Positions 39,030-48,190 of a stretch of 64,000 bases of DNA are shown here, one piece after another; position 1 is the stretch's first letter; the number at the start of each line of letters is the position of its first letter. Origin of the DNA: Patescibacteria group bacterium. Its GTDB lineage: Bacteria; Patescibacteriota; Microgenomatia; JAMCZE01. Where the stretch lies: contig JAMCRP010000001.1 in NCBI GenBank assembly GCA_023380635.1, forward strand, positions 173,305 through 237,304. Direction: 5' to 3'. The translations under genes were made by a program, and so were the position numbers. The notes under the pieces were generated by a model. That model worked only from the letters and a program-made list of their open reading frames with translations. It ran no database searches and was not told where the DNA came from.

Positions 39030-40130
39030 TTAAAATTGCTGAATGTTTTCCCGATACCCTAAAAGAACTTTAGCAACTTTATTACTCCAGTTTGGAACCA
39101 AGTACTCTTCTGGAATTGTCCAGTTAACCCTTTGACTTAATACTGTTTCGACACTAAGTAATACTGAATCCGCATTTGCTCCCGAAAGGATATTACTTCC
39201 CGCCTCAATTGCTTCCGGTCGTTCGTTTGTATCACGTAATGCGACGTTAGGAACACCAAATAATGTACATTCCTCTGGTTCGGTTCCGCTATCACTCAAG
39301 ACACAGTAAGCATTCTTTTCCAATTTAACAAAGTCAAAAAAACCCATTGCCTCAACAATCGTAATACCTTTATCGAGTTTAATCCCGGATGTTAATTTAG
39401 ACAACTTATCCTTAGTCCTAGGATGGACACTCCAAACAAACGGAAGTCTGTATCTTCTTACGATCGAATTAAATGCTGAAACAAAGTTTGCGAGCCGTTT
39501 TAAATCGTTAGTATTCTCAGTTCTATGCAGAGTAGCAAGAAAATATTTTTTTTCTTTTACCTGCAACTCTTCAAGTTTTTGACTTGAGTTTATTTTCTCT
39601 GCATAGCGATCAAGAACTTCTTTAATAGGATTACCAACCACATATATGCGACTCGCGTGGTAACCTTCGTGAATCAAAAGATCTCTAGCCCTCTCGGTAT
39701 TCGCCATGAGAAGAGCACTGCAAGTATCAATAATTCTTCTATTCGACTCCTCAGGTACGCGGTCATCAAAGCATCGGTTACCTGCTTCCAAGTGAAAAAC
39801 TGGAATTCCCATCTTTTTAGCCACTATTGCAGATAGACCGCTATTAGTATCTCCGAAAATCACAATGCGGTCAGGCCTGAATGAGTTAATTACTTTTTCT
39901 GCTCCAACCATAATTTTGCCTATACTCTTAAATGGACTACTTGATTGTGATTCGAAAGAATAATCGGGAGCTCGTAATCCTAATTCCTTAAAAAAAATAT
40001 CTTTTAGGTTCGCGGTGTAGTTTTGCCCAGTATGGAGGATTTTGTGATCACACAATTGGTCCAAAAGGGGCATTAATACACTTAGCTTAATAATTTCAGG
40101 CCTAGTTCCAATAATAGTTAAAATCTTCAT
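39030..40130 (-). CDS. non-hydrolysing UDP-HexNAc 2-epimerase (FnlC/QnlB/WbjD-like)
   Basis: GTRPEIIK, HTGQNY, GDTNS, EAGNRCFDDRVPEE, TLHR.EN, SDSGT, ERPE. Confidence 0.9.
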   Translation of the reverse strand: MKILTIIGTRPEIIKLSVLMPLLDQLCDHKILHTGQNYTANLKDIFFKELGLRAPDYSFESQSSSPFKSIGKIMVGAEKVINSFRPDRIVIFGDTNSGLSAIVAKKMGIPVFHLEAGNRCFDDRVPEESNRRIIDTCSALLMANTERARDLLIHEGYHASRIYVVGNPIKEVLDRYAEKINSSQKLEELQVKEKKYFLATLHRTENTNDLKRLANFVSAFNSIVRRYRLPFVWSVHPRTKDKLSKLTSGIKLDKGITIVEAMGFFDFVKLEKNAYCVLSDSGTEPEECTLFGVPNVALRDTNERPEAIEAGSNILSGANADSVLLSVETVLSQRVNWTIPEEYLVPNWSNKVAKVLLGYRENIQQF

Positions 40131-41191
40131 CTTAACAATTCGCCCTCATATTTTAATTCCTTATCAAGAAGTAAATCATTTTTGCTGAGAAGTTCTCGGG
40201 TGTTCGACAGGGACATAATATTGTCAGTAGAACTATAGGATTTTTTAATTGGTTGACCGTCTTTGTGATGATTAGGAAAATGAGAAAGAACTGGTTTAAT
40301 AACGTAATAATCTCCGCGTTTATAAGTACGATGAGATTCTTCTTCTGAAACAAGCTCCTCGTAAATCTTCTCACCGGGTCTTATTCCAGTATAAGAAATG
40401 CTAATCTTTTTATTACCAATTAATGCCTTAGCTACATTATTAATATTTGAAGAAGGAATGATCGGAATATATATTTCACCAGGAAGGGCAGAGCCTAAAG
40501 CAGCAAGAATTGTATCTACTGCCTTTTCTAGAGTGAGCAAAAATCGAGTCATATCCTTAGTGGTAACTGTCACTGGCCCCCCATTCTTAATCTGATCATG
40601 AAAAAGAGGGATTACCGAACCCCGGGAAGCAAGGACATTCCCATAGCGCACACAAATGAACCTTGTATAAGGCAAATTTAGATTTGCAGTAATGAATAAC
40701 CTTTCTTGTAAAGCTTTTGTCATACCCATAACGTTGACAGGGCGACAAGCCTTATCTGTTGAAACTCCTACTACTGCACTAATTTTCAGCCCACCCTCCT
40801 CAATAGCGCGAATTATGTTTTGTGGACCCAAGATGTTAGTCTGAACGGCCTCAAAGGGAAAGTACTCGCAGGAAGGAACTTGTTTTAAAGCAGCTGCATT
40901 AATTACAATGTCGGCATCTCGTAATACAGATCGGACAGAATGATAATCTCTTATATCTCCAATGCGGAAATCGAGGATTCTCTGATAGTCATCGTAGATA
41001 ATTTCTTCGGTCGCGTTCCTTTTCTTGAGGTATTCCAGACGCATATAATATTGTTTGGCCTCATCTCTTGAAAAGATTATAATTTTTTTTGGACGGCCGT
41101 GATTTCCAGTAAGTAAACGTTTAGTCAAAACCTTCCCCAATGATCCAGTTCCACCTGTAATTACAATAGTTTTATTTTCAAAAAGAATCAT
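40127..41191 (-). CDS. UDP-GlcNAc 4,6-dehydratase/5-epimerase (FnlA/CapE/WbjB-like)
   Basis: TGGTGSLG, SRDEAKQ, AALKQVPSCE, STDKA, MGMTK, RYGNVLASRGSVIP, GIRPGEK. Confidence 0.92.
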   Translation of the reverse strand: MILFENKTIVITGGTGSLGKVLTKRLLTGNHGRPKKIIIFSRDEAKQYYMRLEYLKKRNATEEIIYDDYQRILDFRIGDIRDYHSVRSVLRDADIVINAAALKQVPSCEYFPFEAVQTNILGPQNIIRAIEEGGLKISAVVGVSTDKACRPVNVMGMTKALQERLFITANLNLPYTRFICVRYGNVLASRGSVIPLFHDQIKNGGPVTVTTKDMTRFLLTLEKAVDTILAALGSALPGEIYIPIIPSSNINNVAKALIGNKKISISYTGIRPGEKIYEELVSEEESHRTYKRGDYYVIKPVLSHFPNHHKDGQPIKKSYSSTDNIMSLSNTRELLSKNDLLLDKELKYEGELLR

Positions 41192-42093
41192 GCTGATATT
41201 GATTTCTTTTTAAGCAAGTTAATATTTTGGACATACATATCCTCGATCATTTTGGGCCAATCCGGAGGAATATATTTGCTTAATTTTCTGAACTTGTCTG
41301 AATTTAATGATCTATCACAGATAAAATTATCATCGATCTCAATTCTAGTAGATTTATTATATCTTTTTGCTATTAATTGCAAGAGATCAAATTTAGAAAT
41401 TGGTTTTGACGAAATATTATAAATGCCTGTAAGCTCGTCATTTGGAATTATATATTTACTAAAAACTTTGGTAAGTTCGATTAATGTCAATCCACTATAA
41501 ATAGCTCTTCGAAATCCTTTAACTGTAACCCGCTGTGACAGAAACCATTCCAATAGTTCGTATTTAGTTCCTAGTTCATGGCCGATATATGAAGATCTGA
41601 TTGTCAAAGAATGCGAATTAGCGACTTCGCCCAGCCCTTTTGTTTTACCATACATATCTAATGCATCTGGAGTATCATTATCGTCATAATTTCCCTTCCG
41701 TCCGCTAAATACGCAGTCTGTGCTTAGATGAATTAATCTAGCATTATTCTTTTTACAAATACCTGATAACAGATGTGGGAAAAGCGCATTAACATAAATG
41801 GCTTGTTCAGGCACTTGGCATTCTGGTAATTGTTTAATTATTCCAATGCAGTTAATCACTTCTTGTGGTCGTAGTTGATAAATTATATTTTCAAACTTTT
41901 TGATGTTCCATGCGTTTAATTCATCAAGTATGTGCTCACGCTCTTTAGCGTTGAATATCTGTTTTGTCTTAATCGAGCTTCTCGAGGTTCCCCAAACTTC
42001 ATAACCTTTAGTGCTAGATAAGCCGAGAAAGAGAAGGCGACCAATTTTCCCCGTTGCGCCCAGCACTAGAATCCTCTTTTTTGTCATAATCAT
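41188..42093 (-). CDS. RmlD-like NDP-4-keto-6-deoxy-sugar reductase (QnlA/WbvR-like)
   Basis: GATGKIG, NCIGIIKQ, STDCVFSG, YGKTK..GE, LLEWFLSQ. Confidence 0.85.
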   Translation of the reverse strand: MIMTKKRILVLGATGKIGRLLFLGLSSTKGYEVWGTSRSSIKTKQIFNAKEREHILDELNAWNIKKFENIIYQLRPQEVINCIGIIKQLPECQVPEQAIYVNALFPHLLSGICKKNNARLIHLSTDCVFSGRKGNYDDNDTPDALDMYGKTKGLGEVANSHSLTIRSSYIGHELGTKYELLEWFLSQRVTVKGFRRAIYSGLTLIELTKVFSKYIIPNDELTGIYNISSKPISKFDLLQLIAKRYNKSTRIEIDDNFICDRSLNSDKFRKLSKYIPPDWPKMIEDMYVQNINLLKKKSISA

Positions 42094-42108
42094 TAAAAAA
42101 ATTTAAAT

Positions 42109-43335
42109 TTATAGCTCTCTAACTATTTTAAGAAATTTGAGAGAATTCATTTTGGCGTTATGGTTCGCCAGAAATGTGTCTTTAGCCTTCGATAACAAAG
42201 CACGGCGTATTTTTTTATTTGTGAGAAGAGTTTTGATTGCTTTTGCCAGCTCAGCCGAATTTTGCTCGGTGACAGTTAACGCGGTCCCCGTTTCTTTAGC
42301 GTAAGAAACAACCGCCGAGTATTTTGGTGCATATACAAGAATTGGTACTCCAGAAGCTAAGTATTCTGTATATTTTGCAGGAGTAGCTGTTCTTATTATA
42401 TCTATATTTTTTGACCCGAATGACATGGGAACAAAAGCAATACCAGACGATCGGATAGTTTCCTGGACATGAGATGGTGCTACTTCGTTAAAGGTTACAT
42501 TCATTGATAAAGTGATGCCTAACCGATTTAAGTCGTCTTTACAATTCGGAGAAATAATTGCTACTTTAACGTGTAATATTTTTAAGATATTTATGGCATC
42601 AAGAAGATCAATTATTCCTTGAACTTGAGCCCAATAAATTGATCCCACAAACACAATTGTTGAATTGTGTTTTATCTTTTCTCTATTATTTGCTTGAACA
42701 GCTCTATCAACTTCTACCGAGTTATAAATTAACTTTGAGTTAATTCCGTATCTTTTTTTGAAGTGGTCGCGCGTAGGTTTATTGTTTACAATTACATGTC
42801 TAGCACTTTTAAAGATCATGCCTTCAAGCGCCCATGCGAGAACAGAATCAAGTAATGATCGGGAGTTCCCTCGCCAAAGGTCAAATATCAGGATTAGGTA
42901 AGGCTTCCTGGTTAAAAAATGCAAAATGAATGTTGCCATTAGTTGTTCCCCGTTGGCGGTACCAACAAGCAGTTCTATATTCTCGGATTTAATCAGTCTA
43001 ATGCCAGTTATTACTATTAATGTTGTTTCCCATATTATGTTTAATTGCTTGTTCGTAAATCTCTTTATTTTTGCTACAAGAGTATATTTTAAAGTAAATT
43101 GCTTGGTTCCGAGCTTTTTTTGTTCGGGAATTGGAAGGTAATAATAGTATTTTGCCGGAAGCCATTTCTCATCGGAAGAATTAATGTCTACAAATCCCGA
43201 TCCGTTAGTTAAAAAACAATATGATCCTTGTGGGAATGTCTTAAAAAGATTATATAGCATTAAGGGGCCACCTTTTCTTTGCGGCGGAGCCCACGCAGAG
43301 AGAATCAAGGTCTTTTTTATCCTAGAGGCAATCAT
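42109..43335 (-). CDS. GT4-like glycosyltransferase
   Basis: IYNSV, FVGSIY, TPAKYTEYLASGVPIL. Confidence 0.8.
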   Translation of the reverse strand: MIASRIKKTLILSAWAPPQRKGGPLMLYNLFKTFPQGSYCFLTNGSGFVDINSSDEKWLPAKYYYYLPIPEQKKLGTKQFTLKYTLVAKIKRFTNKQLNIIWETTLIVITGIRLIKSENIELLVGTANGEQLMATFILHFLTRKPYLILIFDLWRGNSRSLLDSVLAWALEGMIFKSARHVIVNNKPTRDHFKKRYGINSKLIYNSVEVDRAVQANNREKIKHNSTIVFVGSIYWAQVQGIIDLLDAINILKILHVKVAIISPNCKDDLNRLGITLSMNVTFNEVAPSHVQETIRSSGIAFVPMSFGSKNIDIIRTATPAKYTEYLASGVPILVYAPKYSAVVSYAKETGTALTVTEQNSAELAKAIKTLLTNKKIRRALLSKAKDTFLANHNAKMNSLKFLKIVREL

Positions 43336-43997
43336 AGTGTTGATTTAACCGCAAGCAAATGAAAGCTTAAGGCAGGCATTCTTGAAAAAAAGAACTGGGA
43401 GACGTTGGCGACCACGAGCCAAATTGTTTTGGGTGAAAAACGGATGTAACCCTCTTCTCGACGAAGGAACTTAAGGCCGCCAGCACCAATGCATGCAAAT
43501 CCGGCAGCGTTAAAATCTTTAGCAAACCACCCCGAACGGTGTTTATTCCATGGGTTTATTTCTGTATGTTTGTCGTCTTGAGAGATATACCCGTTAGGCG
43601 TAAGAATAATTACTTTTCTGCGAGCGATTCGCTGTGCTTGTTTAATCAATTCCCAGCCTTGCGTTTTATCTAAATGCTCGATAACATCAAAAGAAACTAC
43701 AGCATCGAAGGAATTATCTTTAAATTTCTTCCACAATTTAGAAATATCCCCAACAATAACTTTGTGATACGCTTTAGATTCAAGTGCCTTCTTTGCGGCT
43801 GGAATATACGCTTCAACTCCCGTAATTCTTCCCAAAAACCGTACGTCCCTTAAAAAGGACTCTCTCCCATCACTGCAGCCGACATCTAAGATAGTAGTCG
43901 TTCCCATTAACTCTTCTCGCACCCTTTTCGAGATAAACTCTCTTTCGGGATAAAAAAATCTGTCTATTTTCCATCCGACACGACTCAATATTATCAC
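43332..43997 (-). CDS. class I SAM-dependent methyltransferase
   Basis: ILDVGCSDG, SFDAVVSFDVIEHL, TPNG, HRSGW. Confidence 0.88.
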   Translation of the reverse strand: MIILSRVGWKIDRFFYPEREFISKRVREELMGTTTILDVGCSDGRESFLRDVRFLGRITGVEAYIPAAKKALESKAYHKVIVGDISKLWKKFKDNSFDAVVSFDVIEHLDKTQGWELIKQAQRIARRKVIILTPNGYISQDDKHTEINPWNKHRSGWFAKDFNAAGFACIGAGGLKFLRREEGYIRFSPKTIWLVVANVSQFFFSRMPALSFHLLAVKSTL

Positions 43998-45247
43998 TTG
44001 TAAACTAATAAAAAATAATTCTCAATTATTATAAAAACCTGTGTAGCTATTCTTGCCAGAATCAGACCTACTAAGCCAAGATAATACCCGAACCCGAAAG
44101 TTAATGCAATTTGTACGATAGGAGTAGTTACTCCCGATATTCCCATACGTCGATGCCTTTGCTTTGCCACCAATGCGGTTCCCATAACTCCAGGAACTAT
44201 TGAAATCATATTCAAACCAGCTAATTGGGTTAATGGGATAGCTTGATTATATTTTGGGAAGAATAAATGAAAAAGCGTGGGGGCCAAAAAGTAGTAACCA
44301 ACAATTCCCAAAACAATAACTAACGAAAAATACAAAACCTTGCGGGGCAAAAAGGAATTAATTTCGTCTACAGACAGGTGAACTAACTTTGGCATTGCTA
44401 AAGAAGGTATAAACTTAAAAAATATCCGAGCTTGCTCGGGGATAGAAATAGCTAGCGAATACATCGCTAGGCTCTCTGATCCCAGGAAATGCCACACTAA
44501 AATAGAGTCGAGATATTGGGCAACAGTATTTAAACAGTTAAGGATACTTTGGTATATACCCGTTTTAATAATGCTCTGATCTTGAGCCAAACTAGTTGGA
44601 AATTTTTGGATAATTAATTTATAAATAAAAATATTAAATAGCAAGGTTGAAATAAAATAACTACTTATAACAGCGAAAAGCCCTAATCTTAAAATTAGTG
44701 CAACTATTGAAACCAACATGGGAATAAAAAATACAACAAATGTAATTACTGAATAATGTTTGAAGTCCTTCCTTCCTAAAAATAACGCCGAATAGGTGTT
44801 AAATGCATTAGAGACGGGTATTACTAAACTAAGTAAGAGGACTGTTGACCCAAGAAATAAATTTTGAGAAATAAAGTAAAACAAGCTTAAGGAAATACCA
44901 ACTAGTAATGGTAGCGTTCCGAATATTATTTGAACCCGCACTGCTTCTTTAAGTATGGCTTCTTTCTCCTTTGCTACAGCTAAAGTGACTGCGGTGTTCA
45001 TTCCAGTTAATGTCAGAGCTCCAAGTAAAGAGGCGATGACAAAAACAAATTTGTAAAGTCCATATTCTTGAGGAGTAAACACACGGGTAAAAATTACTAC
45101 TGAGATTAATGAAATTGCAGCGGTTAGTAGGTTAAGAATAGACAACCAAGCTGTGGAATAGGCAGCATAGTTCAAATCTAACCCCACGAGTAGTGATATT
45201 TTTTGAATTAAATTATTTGTTGGAGAGAAAGATTCAAGTATTTTCAT
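43994..45247 (-). CDS. Wzx-type oligosaccharide flippase (second copy)
   Basis: Multi-TM; TRVFTPQEYGLY, YLDSIL, LAMYSLA, FPKY, LGLVGL. Confidence 0.82.
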   Translation of the reverse strand: MKILESFSPTNNLIQKISLLVGLDLNYAAYSTAWLSILNLLTAAISLISVVIFTRVFTPQEYGLYKFVFVIASLLGALTLTGMNTAVTLAVAKEKEAILKEAVRVQIIFGTLPLLVGISLSLFYFISQNLFLGSTVLLLSLVIPVSNAFNTYSALFLGRKDFKHYSVITFVVFFIPMLVSIVALILRLGLFAVISSYFISTLLFNIFIYKLIIQKFPTSLAQDQSIIKTGIYQSILNCLNTVAQYLDSILVWHFLGSESLAMYSLAISIPEQARIFFKFIPSLAMPKLVHLSVDEINSFLPRKVLYFSLVIVLGIVGYYFLAPTLFHLFFPKYNQAIPLTQLAGLNMISIVPGVMGTALVAKQRHRRMGISGVTTPIVQIALTFGFGYYLGLVGLILARIATQVFIIIENYFLLVYK

Positions 45248-45301
45248 TTATTATTTAATCCTGACTATACAAATTTACTTTTGTTAGTTATCATATCAAA
45301 C

Positions 45302-46288
45302 ATGAGAATTTTAATCACTGGTGGGGCCGGTTTTCAGGGAAGCCATATCGTGAATTATCTAGTTCAAAATGGTCACGAGATCACTATTCTTAATACCTTC
45401 TCGGAGTCTTCGCAAGAACGCCTTCTAACTCTAAAGGACAAGGTGACTACTGTGTGGGGAAGTGTTACTGATAAGGAGTTGGTTGACAAGACGGTCCGCG
45501 AACACGATCTGATTACCCATCTTGCCGCAAGAATAAATGTAGATGAGTCAGTTACGGACCCAAGATCTTATTTAGATGTTAATATTTATGGCACCTACAA
45601 CATTTTAGAAGCCATCCGAAAGTTGACAAACAGGCCACGACTAATTTATTGGAGCACTTGTGAAGTTTACGGTGAACCCAAAAGAGGTATTACCTTAAAT
45701 GAAGAATCAGAACTTCGCCCTCAAAGTCCATATGCCGCATCAAAAGCTGGAGCCGATCGCCTATGTTATTCTTATTATCAAACTTACGGTTTAAACATTG
45801 TCATAAGCCGTTTTTTTAATATTTTTGGAGAGGGACAAAAGTCAGGGCAACATGGCGCATTAATTCCCATAATGGTAGAAAGGGCAATACACGGAGAACC
45901 ATTGACAGTATCCGGGACAGGCAAACAAACACGAGACTATACTTATATTTCTGATGTTATAAAAGCTTTCGGACTTCTTATGAACCACAAGGAATTATCC
46001 GGGCAAGCAGTTAACTTTGCTTCTGGAGTTAATACTTCTGTTATAGATATTGCTCAATACATCGCGAATAAACTAAAGGCGAAAGTCGTGCATACGCCAG
46101 CCCGCCCCGGCGAAGTAATGAAGTTTCCGGCAGACATTTCCAAGGCGAAAACACTTGGATTTAAGCCTACGGTAACTATTTGGGAAGGGATTGATCGGTA
46201 TATTGACTGGCGGTTATCAAAGAAAGAACCCTCTTCGCCCGGTGCCTCCAAGTATATTTCTGCGAGACTGTTTGAAAAGCCTGAGTAG
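45302..46288 (+). CDS. NAD-dependent nucleotide-sugar epimerase/dehydratase (SDR)
   Basis: MRILITGGAGFQGSH, STCEVYG, SPYAASK, RFFNIFG, QTRDY; ATG at 45302 follows TATCAT by 7 nt. Confidence 0.9.
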   Translation: MRILITGGAGFQGSHIVNYLVQNGHEITILNTFSESSQERLLTLKDKVTTVWGSVTDKELVDKTVREHDLITHLAARINVDESVTDPRSYLDVNIYGTYNILEAIRKLTNRPRLIYWSTCEVYGEPKRGITLNEESELRPQSPYAASKAGADRLCYSYYQTYGLNIVISRFFNIFGEGQKSGQHGALIPIMVERAIHGEPLTVSGTGKQTRDYTYISDVIKAFGLLMNHKELSGQAVNFASGVNTSVIDIAQYIANKLKAKVVHTPARPGEVMKFPADISKAKTLGFKPTVTIWEGIDRYIDWRLSKKEPSSPGASKYISARLFEKPE

Positions 46289-47408
46289 CAATTGTTTCGG
46301 CTAACTTTTTGTTAGTAATCAACTCCTTAATTCCTAGTGCTAAACTTTCTGGGCTACCCGGCTCAGCCAACAACGCAGTTTCCCGGTCAATCAACACTTC
46401 TTTTACGGAGGGGAGATCAGTAGCAATAATTGGATTTTTGGTAGCCATGTATTCAAACATCTTGAGTGGTGCCATTATATAAGCGTAGTGTTCTGTCCAA
46501 GGAAAGGGCATGGCACAAACATCAAAAGCGCGCATGTATTTGTAAAGAGTCTTTGGAGGGACGTGACCGATAAAATAATAATCGTCTTTAGCCAGATTGT
46601 TCTCTTTCGCTAGGCGGCGATATTTTTCTATCTGTTCCTCTGGTCCGCCAACACATACCAAAAATAATTTCTTATTTTCCTTCTTTAAAATTCCCATAGC
46701 AGAGATAAGCTCTGGTATACCCTTTTCCATGTTATTGGTCAAAAACCTGCCTCCATATCCGACAATAATTTTTTCAGAAGGTAGTTTTAATCCCTTTCGT
46801 AGCTCAGATTTGGAAGTTTGATAATCAAAATCCTGCAAGTTTATACTATTTGGGAGAACTTCTATTTTCCCTGCAAAATTCTTCTTTGTGTAATATTCTG
46901 CCATTTTATGAGTAGTGGTAACTATAATATCTACCCTGCTAAGTGCAATCTTTTCCAGTAACCGTTCATAGAAATTACCAGGCAAAATATGCACTTCATA
47001 AACAACTGTAGGGCTATATATTAGTTTGATCAGCTTAAGTAAAACTAAAATTTCTTTACATTCAGTAAACAAGTGCACATATTTTCTCTTGTTGGTGAAG
47101 AGATACAGGACCAGTCCAAGACTATATGACCAGCTCATAACAAAATAGCGTAAATGTGAGAAAAACCGCTCCGTTAACAAAGTCTCCGGTAATATCAGGC
47201 AAGGCAAACTTTTTAAGACATACCTGTTTGGTGCTAGCTGATAATAATCCCAAAAATTTTCTTTAATTGTTTTTACCGGCGGAATTCTGGGTTGTAACAA
47301 CTCTAATTTGTGACCATTATCAAAAAAAGCCTGGCACATAACAGCAATCATTCGGGAGACACCACGCTGCTCTGGCATCCTAATTTTGGTAACAAAAGAA
47401 ATTAGCAT
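46176..47408 (-). CDS. GT4 glycosyltransferase
   Basis: YEVH, LPNSI, EKG, PLKMFEYMAT.NPII.TDLP. Confidence 0.88.
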   Translation of the reverse strand: MLISFVTKIRMPEQRGVSRMIAVMCQAFFDNGHKLELLQPRIPPVKTIKENFWDYYQLAPNRYVLKSLPCLILPETLLTERFFSHLRYFVMSWSYSLGLVLYLFTNKRKYVHLFTECKEILVLLKLIKLIYSPTVVYEVHILPGNFYERLLEKIALSRVDIIVTTTHKMAEYYTKKNFAGKIEVLPNSINLQDFDYQTSKSELRKGLKLPSEKIIVGYGGRFLTNNMEKGIPELISAMGILKKENKKLFLVCVGGPEEQIEKYRRLAKENNLAKDDYYFIGHVPPKTLYKYMRAFDVCAMPFPWTEHYAYIMAPLKMFEYMATKNPIIATDLPSVKEVLIDRETALLAEPGSPESLALGIKELITNKKLAETIATQAFQTVSQKYTWRHRAKRVLSLITASQYTDQSLPK

Positions 47409-48190
47409 GTTAGGCGAACTAAACTACGTACACCGTTTAAAGGAACTATTTTTTGTTTATATCCAGGAAACAAAGACAAAAACCGTCTTAAAGATGCTTT
47501 CATTAAATCCGGGTGCACCTCACCTATAAGATAATCAGTACCATGCTTATTCTTAAATGAACGAAATACCTTATATTCTTCACCTTCAATATCAAACTTT
47601 ACAAGATCTATTTTCCTGATCCCAAGTTCTTTAACGATAGAATCAAGTGAACGACACTGGACATCAATACTCATCTGTTTAGGATATCTTTGAAAAAGTG
47701 AAGAAGACATACTACCGTCGCTAATGTATAACTTATTTGTTTGGTTAACATCGGACAAGGCGAAATTGTAGGCTTTCACTCCATCGAAAGACGCAATATT
47801 TCTCTTAAGGATTAAGTAGTTATCGGGGTTCGGCTCGAAACAGAATATTTTTGATTTCGGGTAAAGTAGTTTAAAGTATATAACTGATGTGCCGATATGA
47901 GAACCCAGGTCCAGAATAACGGGATTATTCTGATTTAGGCTTACTTTATAAGTCTCATTGATAAAAATGTCTTCTATGGCTACCGTATCAATATTGTCCC
48001 GGACCGTTAACACGAACTGAGTTCCAAACTTTTGAAATGATAGCTTAAATTGAGTATCGGGAAATATCCCCAGTTTTTGCCTTATCGGGGACCAGACAAA
48101 GATAATTAGCAATTTTATTCTTGTTAAATTATCTGCGGACAAGGAAAAAAGGTGAAACCTGAATAAATTTCTAATTGTAGTTAGTGTCAT
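47402..48190 (-). CDS. FkbM-family methyltransferase
   Basis: LDLGSHIG, FEPNP, ALSD, KFDIEGEE. Confidence 0.9.
   Translation of the reverse strand: MTLTTIRNLFRFHLFSLSADNLTRIKLLIIFVWSPIRQKLGIFPDTQFKLSFQKFGTQFVLTVRDNIDTVAIEDIFINETYKVSLNQNNPVILDLGSHIGTSVIYFKLLYPKSKIFCFEPNPDNYLILKRNIASFDGVKAYNFALSDVNQTNKLYISDGSMSSSLFQRYPKQMSIDVQCRSLDSIVKELGIRKIDLVKFDIEGEEYKVFRSFKNKHGTDYLIGEVHPDLMKASLRRFLSLFPGYKQKIVPLNGVRSLVRLTC

Noticed and set aside
42094-42108. TAAATT 6 nt before the reductase ATG as another leaderless promoter
   Set aside because: The gap is pure A/T, so a TANNNT match is expected by chance.
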